Assembly (NCBI GenBank): GCA_018713505.1
Contig: DVOL01000005.1
Location: 1 to 52,709 of the forward strand
Reading direction: 5' to 3'
Length of the DNA stretch: 52,709 nucleotides
Origin: Candidatus Faeciplasma avium
GTDB taxonomy: Bacteria; Bacillota; Clostridia; Oscillospirales; Ruminococcaceae
Below, in pieces: positions 26,181-40,241 of this stretch; position 1 is the stretch's first letter; every line of letters begins with the position of its first letter. The notes beneath the pieces were generated by a model. It ran no database searches. It saw nothing but the letters and a program-made list of their open reading frames with translations, and had not been told where the DNA came from. The position numbers and the translations under genes were made by a program.

Positions 26181-27662
26181 ATGAGAAACAGCGGAATACT
26201 TCTCGGAATAGCCGGACTCCCCGGCGACTACGGCATAGGAAAGCTGGGGGACAAGGCAAGGCTTTTTGTAGACTTTTTGGCGGCTTCGGGTCAGAAATAT
26301 TGGCAGATACTTCCTTTATCTCCGACCGGCTACGGCGACTCGCCCTATCAGTCCTGCTGCTGCAACGCAGGAAATCCGTACTTTATCGACTTCGAGACCC
26401 TCGAGGCTGACGGGCTTCTTGAGCCGAGCGAGTATAAAAACACCGTTTTTGGGGACAATCCCAGCTACATAAACTACGGAATGCTCTACAAGACCGTCTC
26501 GCCGACGCTCAGGATAGCGTACTCCAGATTCAAGCCGGACTACGGCATGGAGGAGTTCGCAAGGAAAAACAGCGACTGGGTTCAGGACTATGCGCTTTTC
26601 ATGGCTTTAAAGGATGAAAACAAAGGCAAGCCCTGGTACGAGTGGAGCGAGCCTCTCAGGATGGCGGAGCAGGAGGCCTTGGCTTGTGCAAGGGAGCGTC
26701 TTAAGGAGGACATCGGCTTTTACATCTTCACCCAGTATGAGTTTTACAGACAGTGGTTTGCTCTAAAGGAGTACGCAAACAAAAAGGGAGTCGAGCTGAT
26801 AGGCGACATGCCGATATACTGCGCCTATGACAGCGTGGAGGTCTGGCTGCACCCCGAGCTTTTCGAGCTTGACAGCAAAAAAAGACCGATAACCGTAGCC
26901 GGCTGCCCTCCAGACAATTACGCCAAGGAGGGTCAGCTCTGGGGGAATCCCATCTACGACTGGAAATCCATGCAGCTAAACGGCTACAACTGGTGGGTCA
27001 GGAGGATAGGCTTTGCAACCGACATGGTGGATGTCCTTAGGATAGACCATTTCAGGGGCTTCGCAGGCTACTATTCCATTCCCGCAGGAGACAAAAACGC
27101 CCTCAGGGGAAAATGGCGGAAGGGTCCCGGGATGGAGCTTTTCAACTCCTGCAACTACTGGCTGGGAAGAAAAAGGATAATAGCCGAGGACCTAGGCTTT
27201 ATCACTCCCGAGGTCGGCGAGCTGCTTGAGGCTTCCGGCTATCCCGGGATGAAGGTTTTGCAGTTTGCCTTCGACCCCAGCGCCAAAAGCGAGTATCTTC
27301 CCTGCAATTTTGAGACCTCAAGGTGCGTCTGCTACACCTCCACCCACGACAGCGACACCGCAAAGGGCTGGGCCGACAAGCTGAGCGGCGAGAGCCTAGA
27401 GCTGTTCAAGGAGTACGCCGGCGTCAGGGACAAAAGCGAGATTCCCGACGCCATGCTTCGCCTCGCCTGGTCTAGCGTCGCCCAGACTGCGATAGCACAG
27501 CTCCAGGACCTCCTCGAGACCGGCAACGAGACAAGGATTAATGTCCCCGGGACGCTGGGTCTAAACTGGCGCTGGAGGATATCAGAGGATGCTCTTAGCG
27601 ACGAGCTGTCAAAAAGGCTTTTGACCCTCGGAAGGACCTATAACCGCCTGCCGGAAAAATAG
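26181..27662 (+). CDS. malQ: 4-alpha-glucanotransferase (amylomaltase, GH77)
   Basis: GILLGIAGLPGDYGIG N-terminus, LRIDHFRGF catalytic region and IAEDLG, ~490 aa. Confidence 0.9.
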   Translation: MRNSGILLGIAGLPGDYGIGKLGDKARLFVDFLAASGQKYWQILPLSPTGYGDSPYQSCCCNAGNPYFIDFETLEADGLLEPSEYKNTVFGDNPSYINYGMLYKTVSPTLRIAYSRFKPDYGMEEFARKNSDWVQDYALFMALKDENKGKPWYEWSEPLRMAEQEALACARERLKEDIGFYIFTQYEFYRQWFALKEYANKKGVELIGDMPIYCAYDSVEVWLHPELFELDSKKRPITVAGCPPDNYAKEGQLWGNPIYDWKSMQLNGYNWWVRRIGFATDMVDVLRIDHFRGFAGYYSIPAGDKNALRGKWRKGPGMELFNSCNYWLGRKRIIAEDLGFITPEVGELLEASGYPGMKVLQFAFDPSAKSEYLPCNFETSRCVCYTSTHDSDTAKGWADKLSGESLELFKEYAGVRDKSEIPDAMLRLAWSSVAQTAIAQLQDLLETGNETRINVPGTLGLNWRWRISEDALSDELSKRLLTLGRTYNRLPEK

Positions 27663-27665
27663 ATA

Positions 27666-27708
27666 CAAAAAAACAGCCCTGCAAAATGTAGGGCTGTTCG
27701 ATTTTATA
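27666..27708. terminator. bidirectional terminator between malQ and mscL
   Basis: Stem cagccct (27674-27680) / agggctg (27690-27696), with an a-run upstream and ttcgatttt downstream. Confidence 0.6.
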
Positions 27709-27734
27709 TTGGCTATACCGTCTATCAGGCGGGC

Positions 27735-28247
27735 TTACTCGGCTTCCTCCTTTTCGGCTCCCGCCTGCGAAGCCGTCAGCATATCCCTAATCGACCTTAG
27801 AACATCAAGCTCGGTCTCAGGAGCAGGCTCCTCCGGCTTTTCAGGCTCCGGGGCAGGCTCCGGCTTTTTCTTGAGCCTCTCCTTTGCGCCTCCGATTGCC
27901 TTAATCATTATGAATATGCAAAGAGAGATTATGAGAAAGTCCACGACGATGGAGATGAAGTTTCCGTAGAGGACGGCGGACTCCGCCTCTATTATCTCCC
28001 CGGAGGCATCGGTGACAGCCTCCTTTATGACAAGCTTCCAGTCCTCGATTGCCATTCCGCCGGTCAGGGTGCTTATAAGCGGCATGATGATGTCGTTTAC
28101 AAGCGAGGTGACTATCTTGCCGAACGCTCCGCCCATGATGACGCCGACCGCCATGTCGACGACATTGCCCCTTGATATCATCGCCTTGAACTCGTTTATA
28201 AACTTCTTGGCACGGACGATTTCCTTTTTCTCGGTGTTTTCGCTCAT
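27735..28247 (-). CDS. mscL: large-conductance mechanosensitive channel with Pro/Glu-rich C-terminal extension
   Basis: FKAMISRGNVVDMAVGVIMGGAFGKIV TM1 signature and a second TM. Tail KKKPEPAPEPEKPEEPAPE. Confidence 0.88.
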   Translation of the reverse strand: MSENTEKKEIVRAKKFINEFKAMISRGNVVDMAVGVIMGGAFGKIVTSLVNDIIMPLISTLTGGMAIEDWKLVIKEAVTDASGEIIEAESAVLYGNFISIVVDFLIISLCIFIMIKAIGGAKERLKKKPEPAPEPEKPEEPAPETELDVLRSIRDMLTASQAGAEKEEAE

Positions 28248-28335
28248 ATTTATCCCATCCTTATTATAATTTCTGGGTGTATGTATCTCCCTGACGGAGG
28301 TCCGCCGGGCGGGGAACCATTTTAATAAAATATAT

Positions 28336-28368
28336 CAAAAACTCTCCCAAAAAGCAATAGCCGGGAGA
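28336..28368 (-). terminator. rho-independent terminator after the HAD hydrolase gene
   Basis: Stem tctccc (28343-28348) / gggaga (28363-28368). On the minus strand it is followed by gtttttga. Confidence 0.5.
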
Positions 28369-28384
28369 AATTTGCGAAAAAAAC

Positions 28385-29041
28385 TCATAAAAGCTCCAAA
28401 AAGCCGGATATCACGCCGTCGCAGGACTCCCTAAGCTCCTCCTCGTTTTTTGAAAGGCCGCCCAACACCCCGATTGTCAGCATACCTGCGGACCTTGCTC
28501 CACGGCAGGCTAGCGGGACATCCTCGAACACCACGCAGTCCTCAGGCTTGAAGCCTGCAAGCCTGGCCGACATGAGGTATATATCCGGGAAGCCCTTTCC
28601 CCTTGACACCATGCCGGAGTCCACGATTGCGTCAAACAGCTCCAAAACGCCGTTTCTCTTTAAAAACGGGAGATACAGCCTTTTGTCGCAGGAGGTAGCA
28701 AGGACGACGCCACGACCCTTGTCTTTCAGCCCTTTAAGAAGCTCAAGCGCTCCGGGAAGAAGCTCAAGGCGGTGCCTGTACTCAAGCTCGACAAGGCTCA
28801 GCCACTCGCCGATTATCCTATCCTTTGGGTCGGTCACGCCGCACTCCGCCCTGACATACTCCGCCGCCTCCGAAAAGGTCATCGACGCCATTTTCTCAAA
28901 GTAGTCCTTAGGTATGGGAAGCCCTCTTCTCTGCATAAAAACAAGGTCCACCCTTTTCCACGCCGAAAAGGAGTCGGTAAGAGTGCCGTCGAGGTCAAAA
29001 ATAAAGCATCGGGAGTCCTTTATCAGCTCTTTTATATCCAT
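28385..29041 (-). CDS. HAD-superfamily hydrolase (beta-phosphoglucomutase-like subfamily)
   Basis: Motif I FIFDLDGTLTDS, cap domain, motif IV-like VVFEDV. Confidence 0.8.
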   Translation of the reverse strand: MDIKELIKDSRCFIFDLDGTLTDSFSAWKRVDLVFMQRRGLPIPKDYFEKMASMTFSEAAEYVRAECGVTDPKDRIIGEWLSLVELEYRHRLELLPGALELLKGLKDKGRGVVLATSCDKRLYLPFLKRNGVLELFDAIVDSGMVSRGKGFPDIYLMSARLAGFKPEDCVVFEDVPLACRGARSAGMLTIGVLGGLSKNEEELRESCDGVISGFLELL

Positions 29042-29098
29042 AATCCTCCCTCCCAGTCAGAAAACAGTTTACACCATGCCAAACTGTATGTCAAGTCC

Positions 29099-29127
29099 TT
29101 GAAATCGTGACGGAAATGGAGTATACT
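29099..29127 (+). promoter_or_regulatory. recG promoter
   Basis: TTGAAA (29099-29104), a 17-nt spacer, then TATACT (29122-29127). Confidence 0.45.
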
Positions 29128-29159
29128 CGGTATAAGAAAACGGCATTGGAGGCGACGGC

Positions 29160-31196
29160 TTGTCGGTATTATCGAACAGCGCAGAATGTATTGAGGGCGT
29201 TGGCAGGAAGCGGCTCGAGCTTCTTGGCAGGCTTGGGATATCCACGGTGGGGGAGCTTTTGGAGCACTACCCAAGAAGCTATCTCGACCTAAGAAGCCCG
29301 GTGGAGATTGAAAACGCCGTTTTAGGCGAGATGAATGTAATAAGGGCAAGGGTGACAAAAAAGCTAAGACCCGACCTTATCAGAAAAAATATGAGGATAT
29401 TCCGTGTCGTTTTGACCGACGGCAGCAGCGATATCACGGCGGTGATATATAACTCCGTATACTCCTACAATCGTTTAGTTGAGGGAAAGGAGTATATCCT
29501 CTACGGCAGGGTGGAGGGAAACCTTACCGCAAGGACGATATCCGCCCCGATGATACTTACTCCAGGTCCCGGCTGCGGGATACTGCCGGTTTATCCTCTT
29601 ACCAAGGGGATAACCGACGGGATGCTAAGGGTCTGGATTTCTAAGGCTCTTTGTCTTGCCGAGGCTGACAGCATAGAGACCCTTCCCGAGGATGCTATTT
29701 CAAGGCTTGGGCTTGTCGCAAGGCTTGACGCCGTAAGGGCGATACACTTTCCGAACAGCCCCGAGGAGGTCCAAGCGGCAAGGCGGCGGCTTGGCTTTGA
29801 GGAGCTTTTGGTTTTGCAGCTCGGGATGGCGAGGCTGAGAAGGAAAAACCGCACAAAAACGGCGTACCGGCTGGAGGATAAAAGCCTGTCGGAGTTTTTG
29901 TCGGCACTGCCCTTTGAGCCTACTAAGGGACAGCTCACGGCGATAAGGGAGTGCTGTCAGGATATGACAAGGGGGCACCCCATGAACAGGCTGATACTGG
30001 GAGATGTCGGCTCGGGGAAAACTGCAGTTGCCGCCGCAGCATGCTTCTTTGCGTACCTTAACGGCTATCAGTCCTGCATGATGGCTCCCACCGAGATACT
30101 TTCCGACCAGCACTATGAAACCATGACAAGGCTTCTTTCCCCTCTGGGGGTGAGGGTTGCAAACCTTAAAGGCTCGCTGAATCATGGCGCAAGGTCGAGG
30201 CTGGACGCCGAAATAGCCGCCGGAGAATACGACCTTGTCGTCGGGACTCACGCCCTGATATCCTCGGGAACGGCGTTTGACAGGCTTGCTCTTGTCATCA
30301 CCGACGAACAGCACAGGTTCGGAGTCGGTCAGCGGGACGCCCTTGCAAAAAAGGGAATAAACCCGCACAGGCTGGTTATGAGCGCAACGCCGATTCCCAG
30401 GACGCTCGCTCTGATGATATACGGAGAGCTTGACATCTCGGTTTTGGGAGAGCTTCCAAGGGGCAGAAAGCAGATAAAGACCTACGCCGTCACAGGCAGG
30501 CTGAGGGAGCGGGCTTACGCCTTTATAAAGGCTCAGCTTGACATGGGAAGGCAGGCTTATTTTGTCTGCCCTGCGGTTGAGGACGGCTTATCCGGCACGG
30601 CAGGCGTAACCGGCTACTCCCGGGAGCTTAGGGAGGGCTTTTTCAGGGACTACAGGATAGGGGTCCTCCACGGAAGGCTTCAGCAGTCCGAAAAGGAGAG
30701 GGTGATGGCTGAATTTAAGAGCGGAGAGCTTGACATTTTGGTCGCCACCACCGTTGTAGAGGTCGGCGTGGATGTTCCTAACGCCACCGTCATGCTGGTA
30801 GAATCCGCCGACAGATTCGGACTCAGCCAGCTTCATCAGCTAAGAGGGCGTGTCGGCAGGGGAGAGCACAGCTCCTACTGCATACTTATATCCGACAGCC
30901 GTCAGGAGACCGCAAGAGAGCGCCTAAGAGCCTTAGCCTCCACCTCGGACGGCTTTGAGATAAGCGAGCTTGATTTAAGGCAAAGAGGTCCCGGGGACTT
31001 TTTCGGACAGGCACAGCACGGTCTGCCAAGACTAAAGCTTGCGGACGCTGCGGCTGACAGGGAGCTTGTCGAGCTTTCCGTCAGGGAGGCTGAGGGGCTT
31101 TTTGCAAGGCTTGAAGCTAAGGACTCCGACAGCCCGTGGGCGGCGGCACTTATGGAGAGGGTTGACGCTTTGTTTGACAGCGAAGGAAAGAGCTAG
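29160..31196 (+). CDS. recG: ATP-dependent DNA helicase RecG
   Basis: Wedge-domain N-terminus. Helicase motifs GDVGSGKT, DEQHRFG, SATPIPRT and QLHQLRGRVGRG. TTG start 9 nt after GGAGG. Confidence 0.92.
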   Translation: MSVLSNSAECIEGVGRKRLELLGRLGISTVGELLEHYPRSYLDLRSPVEIENAVLGEMNVIRARVTKKLRPDLIRKNMRIFRVVLTDGSSDITAVIYNSVYSYNRLVEGKEYILYGRVEGNLTARTISAPMILTPGPGCGILPVYPLTKGITDGMLRVWISKALCLAEADSIETLPEDAISRLGLVARLDAVRAIHFPNSPEEVQAARRRLGFEELLVLQLGMARLRRKNRTKTAYRLEDKSLSEFLSALPFEPTKGQLTAIRECCQDMTRGHPMNRLILGDVGSGKTAVAAAACFFAYLNGYQSCMMAPTEILSDQHYETMTRLLSPLGVRVANLKGSLNHGARSRLDAEIAAGEYDLVVGTHALISSGTAFDRLALVITDEQHRFGVGQRDALAKKGINPHRLVMSATPIPRTLALMIYGELDISVLGELPRGRKQIKTYAVTGRLRERAYAFIKAQLDMGRQAYFVCPAVEDGLSGTAGVTGYSRELREGFFRDYRIGVLHGRLQQSEKERVMAEFKSGELDILVATTVVEVGVDVPNATVMLVESADRFGLSQLHQLRGRVGRGEHSSYCILISDSRQETARERLRALASTSDGFEISELDLRQRGPGDFFGQAQHGLPRLKLADAAADRELVELSVREAEGLFARLEAKDSDSPWAAALMERVDALFDSEGKS

Positions 31197-31231
31197 ACGC
31201 CGCAGGCCGGTATATATGGGGATAAAAATCA

Positions 31232-31260
31232 CCCGGGAGGTATTTTCCCGGGCGATTTTG
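31232..31260 (+). terminator. rho-independent terminator after recG
   Basis: Stem cccggga (31232-31238) / tcccggg (31246-31252), followed by cgattttg. Confidence 0.55.
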
Positions 31261-31333
31261 TATAGATGAATTTGAAGCTGGCAATTTTTACTTTATAACC
31301 CTTTTTAGGGCGATACCAAGGCATGAGGCGGCT

Positions 31334-32365
31334 TTACTCCTTATTCTCAGGTCTTTCGGGAGACTTTAAGCTGTTATCCTGCCTAAAGACCCTTTTTATC
31401 ACCGCTTTTACGACTATCCATAGTATGAGGATGATGACAGCCGCTATTGCAAGATAGGGAAGTGCGCTTGCCGTGCCGACAAACAGGTTTACAAACCAGT
31501 CCCCGATGCTTGCAAGGTTGTAGCTGAGATTGGTTCCTATCCTCTCAAAGACTCCCGGCTGCTGTGCGGGCTTTGTGATTCTTTCCACCTCGGTTATGCT
31601 AAGGCTGAGGGTGCTGTAGCTTATCAGGCTGTCGTAGGATTTAAGCTGTGCCGTGAAGCTCTCTATCTGGTAGTTTACATTTGAGAGGTAGCTCTGGATG
31701 CTGAGAATCTCATCGACGGTCGTAGCCATCTCCATCAGCCTAAGATAGCTCTCCTGCTCCGCCTTAAGAGCTTTGAGCCTCGCCTCGAGGTCAATATAGC
31801 TAGCCGTCACATCGTCGATATACTCATAGGAATAGGTTACCGTCGCCATGTCGCCGATAAGCCCGGTGAACTCGTCAAACCTTTCTGCGGGAATCCTAAT
31901 GGTAAAGCGTGCGGAGCGGAGACTCGTGTCGTAGTAGGAGCTTCCGTTCTGCGTGGAGTCCTGGATATATCCGCCGTACTGCGAGACGAGCCCTGACAGC
32001 TCTGAGATGAGGCTGTCGTACTCTATCGTTTCTACGCTTAAATCCCTGTTTTTGATAAGCTTTCTCTGAGAAGCCTCTATGCCGTCGGCGTCGCTGGAGG
32101 CTGTGGGATTTTGCGGCTCGTAAAAGTCCTCGACGGCCTCCTCGGCAATCTCCCATTCGCCGGTTTCCCAGATGATTTCCTCATTTGGCGCAGCATCCGC
32201 CCCGGCGTCCCAGCCCAGTGCAGGGCTTTGGCTGGAGGAGGTAAGGCTCTGCGCCCCATCTTTTGCCGTGGAGCCGCAGCCGCAGAGAAGCACAGCCGCC
32301 GCAGTTATTAATATAACCGTAAGTCTTATTTTTGAAATTATGCTTAGCTTATTGGCCATTGCCAA
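31334..32365 (-). CDS. lipoprotein with coiled-coil and C-terminal TM helix (DUF4349-like)
   Basis: Lipobox LLCGC. Central block RKLIKNRDLSVETIEYDSLISEL...IQDS, a coiled-coil segment and a terminal helix LPYLAIAAVIILILWIVV, as I recall for DUF4349 proteins. Confidence 0.6.
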   Translation of the reverse strand: MAMANKLSIISKIRLTVILITAAAVLLCGCGSTAKDGAQSLTSSSQSPALGWDAGADAAPNEEIIWETGEWEIAEEAVEDFYEPQNPTASSDADGIEASQRKLIKNRDLSVETIEYDSLISELSGLVSQYGGYIQDSTQNGSSYYDTSLRSARFTIRIPAERFDEFTGLIGDMATVTYSYEYIDDVTASYIDLEARLKALKAEQESYLRLMEMATTVDEILSIQSYLSNVNYQIESFTAQLKSYDSLISYSTLSLSITEVERITKPAQQPGVFERIGTNLSYNLASIGDWFVNLFVGTASALPYLAIAAVIILILWIVVKAVIKRVFRQDNSLKSPERPENKE

Positions 32366-32520
32366 TCAACTCCCTTCTGCAAATAATACAAGTCTGCCGA
32401 GGTTAAAATTGCAGAATGGCTGGCGGCGGTCGGATTTTAGGGACATTGACCAATTTTCAGCCTTGAAAACTGTATATTTTATCATATGGCACAAATTTTG
32501 AATATTGCCTCCCGATATGC

Positions 32521-32549
32521 TTGACAGCTTGACCTTTTTAGTGTAAACT
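32521..32549 (+). promoter_or_regulatory. candidate rpoBC promoter
   Basis: TTGACA (32521-32526), a 17-nt spacer, then TAAACT (32544-32549). This leaves a ~190-nt leader. Confidence 0.45.
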
Positions 32550-32743
32550 TTTATTCTGTATCATAATGGCTAAGTAGACGCCTATTTTCAAAAAGCGGGT
32601 TTTACACTGGCGGATTTTAACGAACTTTTCATCTAAGTTTTCTGTAGTTTGCCGCATATCAAACAAAATATTAAAGTAGTAAAATTTCGCAGGCGGATAA
32701 TGGCCAGACTTTTTTGAATTAATTTAATAAGGAGTGAATAGCA

Positions 32744-36523
<3,780 letters not shown>

Positions 36524-36565
36524 GCCCGGCTTTGATTGATACTAATAGTAAAGAGGGGTTGAACT

Positions 36566-39500
36566 TTGGATTTTAATGTTTTTGATTCAATAAAAATCGG
36601 ACTTGCTTCTCCCGAGCAGATAAGAAGCTGGTCGCACGGAGCGGTCGAGAAGCCCGAAACCATCAACTACCGTACCCAGAAGCCGGAGAGGGATGGACTG
36701 TTCTGCGAAAGGATATTCGGTCCTACCAAGGATTGGGAGTGTCACTGCGGAAAGTATAAGAAGATTCGCTTCAAGGGAAAGGTCTGCGAGCGCTGCGGAG
36801 TCGAGGTCACAAGGGCTAAGGTAAGGCGTGAGAGGATGGGTCACATCGAGCTTGCCGCCCCCGTATCCCATATATGGTACTTCAAGGGCACTCCCTCGAG
36901 AATCGGTCAGATGCTCGAAATCTCCCAGAAGAGGCTGGAGGAGGTTTTGTACTTCACCAAGTACATCGTCACCGACCCGGGAGAAACCAGCCTTGAGAAG
37001 AAGCAGATACTCAACGAGAGGGAGTATCAGGACGCCAGGGAGCGCTTTGAGGACAAATTCAAGGCGGGAATGGGCGCAGAGGCAATCAAGGTTTTGCTTC
37101 AGGAGATAGATGTCGAGGCTCTTGCCGCCGAGCTTAAAAACGAGCTGAAGGACCTCCAGCAGGGTCAGAAGAGGATAAAGCTCTTAAAGAGGCTTGAAAT
37201 CGTAGAGGCATTCAGGCTGTCCGGCAATCGTCCCGAGTGGATGATTCTGGATGTAGTGCCGGTAATTCCTCCCGAGCTAAGGCCTATGGTCCCGCTGGAC
37301 GGCGGAAGGTACGCCACCTCCGACCTAAACGACCTCTACAGAAGGGTTATAAACAGAAACAACCGTCTAAAGAGGATGCTGGAGCTTGAGGCTCCCGATA
37401 TAATCGTAAGAAACGAGAAGAGAATGCTCCAGGAGGCTGTCGACGCCCTCATCGACAACGGAAGGCACGGCCGCCCGGTCGTAGGACCTAACAACAGGGC
37501 GTTCAAGTCGCTTTCGGACATGCTAAAGGGCAAGCAGGGAAGATTCCGTCAGAATCTTTTGGGAAAGAGAGTCGACTATTCGGGAAGGTCTGTTATAGTA
37601 GTAGGTCCCGAGCTGAAGATGTATCAGTGCGGTCTGCCCAAGGAGATGGCTTTAGAGCTGTTCAAGCCCTTTGTAATGAAGAGGCTTGTCGATACAAATC
37701 CTCAGATTAACATAAAGTCTGCCAGAAAGATGGTAGAAAGAGGCAAGGACGAGGTCTGGGACGCTCTTGAGAATGTAATTCAGGGACATCCCGTCCTATT
37801 AAACCGTGCTCCGACGCTCCACAGGCTAGGAATCCAGGCGTTTGAGCCGGTCCTGGTAGAGGGAAGGGCGCTCAAGCTCCATCCTCTTGCCTGTACCGCA
37901 TACAACGCCGACTTTGACGGCGACCAGATGTCGGTCCATGTTCCGCTCAGCGTAGAGGCTCAGGCGGAGGCAAGATTTTTGATGCTTGCCGCTAACAACC
38001 TCCTAAAGCCTGCCGACGGCAAGCCTGTAACCGTCCCCACTCAGGACATGGTGCTTGGCTCCTATTATCTGACCCTTGAAAAGGAGGGCGAAAAGGGAGA
38101 GGGCAAGGTCTTTAGGGATGTCAACGAGGCTATGATGGCTTATCAGGCGGGAGTAGTCTCGCTCCAGGCAAAGATAAAGGTAAGAGTCACCCGTGGCACG
38201 GGGGACAGAAACCTCTCCAAGATAATCGACGCCACCGTGGGAAGGCTTATCTTCAACGAGAACATCCCGCAGGACCTGGGCTTTGTCGACAGGACGGACT
38301 CCTCCAAGCAGTTTGACCTTGAGATAGGCTTCCTGGTCAAGAAGAAGCAGTTAGGAAATATAATCGAGAGGTGTATAAGAAAGCACGGCACCACAAAGAC
38401 CAGCGAGGTGCTGGACAGCATCAAGGCGCTGGGCTTTAAGTACTCCACCAAGGCTGCGATAACCGTTGCGGTCTGTGACGCCGAGGTTCCTCCCGAGAAG
38501 AAGGATATCCTTGCCAACGCTGACAGGCTTGTTGATATTGTCGACAGGCAGTACAAGAGGGGACTTATCTCCCGTGCAGAGAAGTCGAACAAGTTTATAG
38601 AAATCTGGAGAAAGGCTACCGACGATGTCACAACCGCTCTTCAGAACAATCTCGACAGGTACAATCCGATATACATGATGTCCGACTCGGGAGCAAGAGG
38701 CTCCATAGCCCAGATAAGACAGCTCGCCGGCATGAGAGGACTTATTGCTAACACCTCGGGCGCCACGATAGAGATGCCTATAAGGGCAAACTACCGTGAG
38801 GGTCTTAACATCCTTGAGTATTTCATATCCTCAAGAGGCGCAAGAAAGGGTCTTACCGACACCGCTCTTAGAACGGCGGACTCTGGATATCTGACAAGGC
38901 GACTTGTAGATGTCTCGCAGGATGTCATAATCACTGAGGAGGACTGTGGCACCCACGAGGGCATCGAGGTCTTTGAGATTAAAAACGGCAACGAGATGAT
39001 AGAGCCGTTTGCCGAGAGACTCATAGGAAGATTCCTTGTCGAGGATTTAAAGGACCCCGCAACCGGCGAGGTCGTCATGTCGCACGACAGGCTTATGACC
39101 GCTCAGGACTCCGAAAAGGTCATCGCCTTCCTAGAGAGCCATGGCAGGGACAGAATTGCTATTCGCTCCGTCTTAGGCTGCAAGTCAAAGAGGGGAGTCT
39201 GTGCAAAGTGCTACGGCATGGACCTTGCACATTCCACCGTCGTCTCGGTAGGCGAGGCTGTCGGAATCATCGCAGCCCAGTCTATAGGCGAGCCGGGTAC
39301 TCAGCTCACGATGAGAACCTTCCACACGGGAGGAGTCGCCTCGGCTGAGGATATCACTCATGGTCTGCCCAGAGTCGAGGAGCTGTTCGAGTCAAGAAAG
39401 CCCAAGGGCGCAGCCATACTTGCAAGAATCGGCGGCGTTGTCTCGATAGAGGAGATAAAGAAGTCAAGAGTCATAGTCATAACCAACACCGAGACGGGCG

Positions 39501-40147
39501 AGGTCGAGCAGTACGCCATTCCGTGGGACTACAGGATAAAGGTCAAGGAGGGCGACGAGGTCAAGGCAGGAGACGAGCTGACAGCCGGCTCCAAGAACCC
39601 AGCCGATGTCCTTGCAATACTCGGCCCCGAGGCGGTAAGAAACTATATCATCACCGAGGTCCAGAAGGTCTACAGGCTCCAGGGTGTTGATGTAAACGAC
39701 AAGCATATCGAGGTAATAACCCGCCAGATGCTCCGCAAGGTTAAGATTGAGGACTCCGGCTCCAGCTACCTGCTGCCCGGAACCCTTGTGGATAAGCATG
39801 AGATAGAGGAGATAAACGCCCAGATACAGCAGGAGATTGACTCCGGCGATGAGTCTGCAAGGCTCATTACCACCAGCCCGGTCATCCAGGGTATCACAAA
39901 GGCGTCCTCAAGCTCTGAGAGCTTCCTGTCCGCCGCCTCCTTCCAGGAGACTACAAGGGCGCTCACGGACGCTGCCATAAAGGGCAAGACAGACCATCTC
40001 CAGGGTCTAAAGGAGAATGTAATTATCGGTAAGCTGCTCCCTGCCGGAACAGGTATGGCTGTCTACAACAACGCCCAGGCGGTTAAGAACGAGAGCTACA
40101 TCGAGCACGCCGCAGCCGCTCACGAGGCGGCGCAGGACAACGCCTGA
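36566..40147 (+). CDS. rpoC: DNA-directed RNA polymerase subunit beta'
   Basis: Zn finger [20 protein letters not shown], catalytic NADFDGDQM, ~1190 aa. TTG start after AGAGGGG. Confidence 0.98.
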   Translation: MDFNVFDSIKIGLASPEQIRSWSHGAVEKPETINYRTQKPERDGLFCERIFGPTKDWECHCGKYKKIRFKGKVCERCGVEVTRAKVRRERMGHIELAAPVSHIWYFKGTPSRIGQMLEISQKRLEEVLYFTKYIVTDPGETSLEKKQILNEREYQDARERFEDKFKAGMGAEAIKVLLQEIDVEALAAELKNELKDLQQGQKRIKLLKRLEIVEAFRLSGNRPEWMILDVVPVIPPELRPMVPLDGGRYATSDLNDLYRRVINRNNRLKRMLELEAPDIIVRNEKRMLQEAVDALIDNGRHGRPVVGPNNRAFKSLSDMLKGKQGRFRQNLLGKRVDYSGRSVIVVGPELKMYQCGLPKEMALELFKPFVMKRLVDTNPQINIKSARKMVERGKDEVWDALENVIQGHPVLLNRAPTLHRLGIQAFEPVLVEGRALKLHPLACTAYNADFDGDQMSVHVPLSVEAQAEARFLMLAANNLLKPADGKPVTVPTQDMVLGSYYLTLEKEGEKGEGKVFRDVNEAMMAYQAGVVSLQAKIKVRVTRGTGDRNLSKIIDATVGRLIFNENIPQDLGFVDRTDSSKQFDLEIGFLVKKKQLGNIIERCIRKHGTTKTSEVLDSIKALGFKYSTKAAITVAVCDAEVPPEKKDILANADRLVDIVDRQYKRGLISRAEKSNKFIEIWRKATDDVTTALQNNLDRYNPIYMMSDSGARGSIAQIRQLAGMRGLIANTSGATIEMPIRANYREGLNILEYFISSRGARKGLTDTALRTADSGYLTRRLVDVSQDVIITEEDCGTHEGIEVFEIKNGNEMIEPFAERLIGRFLVEDLKDPATGEVVMSHDRLMTAQDSEKVIAFLESHGRDRIAIRSVLGCKSKRGVCAKCYGMDLAHSTVVSVGEAVGIIAAQSIGEPGTQLTMRTFHTGGVASAEDITHGLPRVEELFESRKPKGAAILARIGGVVSIEEIKKSRVIVITNTETGEVEQYAIPWDYRIKVKEGDEVKAGDELTAGSKNPADVLAILGPEAVRNYIITEVQKVYRLQGVDVNDKHIEVITRQMLRKVKIEDSGSSYLLPGTLVDKHEIEEINAQIQQEIDSGDESARLITTSPVIQGITKASSSSESFLSAASFQETTRALTDAAIKGKTDHLQGLKENVIIGKLLPAGTGMAVYNNAQAVKNESYIEHAAAAHEAAQDNA

Positions 40148-40182
40148 GGCTGTCCCCGCAAACTAATAGGCATATAAAGCTT

Positions 40183-40218
40183 CACCCTCCGTCAATGCTG
40201 GCGGAGGGTGATTTTTTA
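40183..40218 (+). terminator. rho-independent terminator after rpoC
   Basis: 9-bp stem caccctccg (40183-40191) / cggagggtg (40202-40210), followed by atttttt. Confidence 0.7.
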
Positions 40219-40241
40219 GGCTGGCTTTTTGCTTTAGAGCT

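Noticed and set aside
29591-30368. Minus-strand ORFs of 115, 70 and 222 aa
   Set aside because: They are antisense to recG, which has clear helicase motifs on the plus strand.
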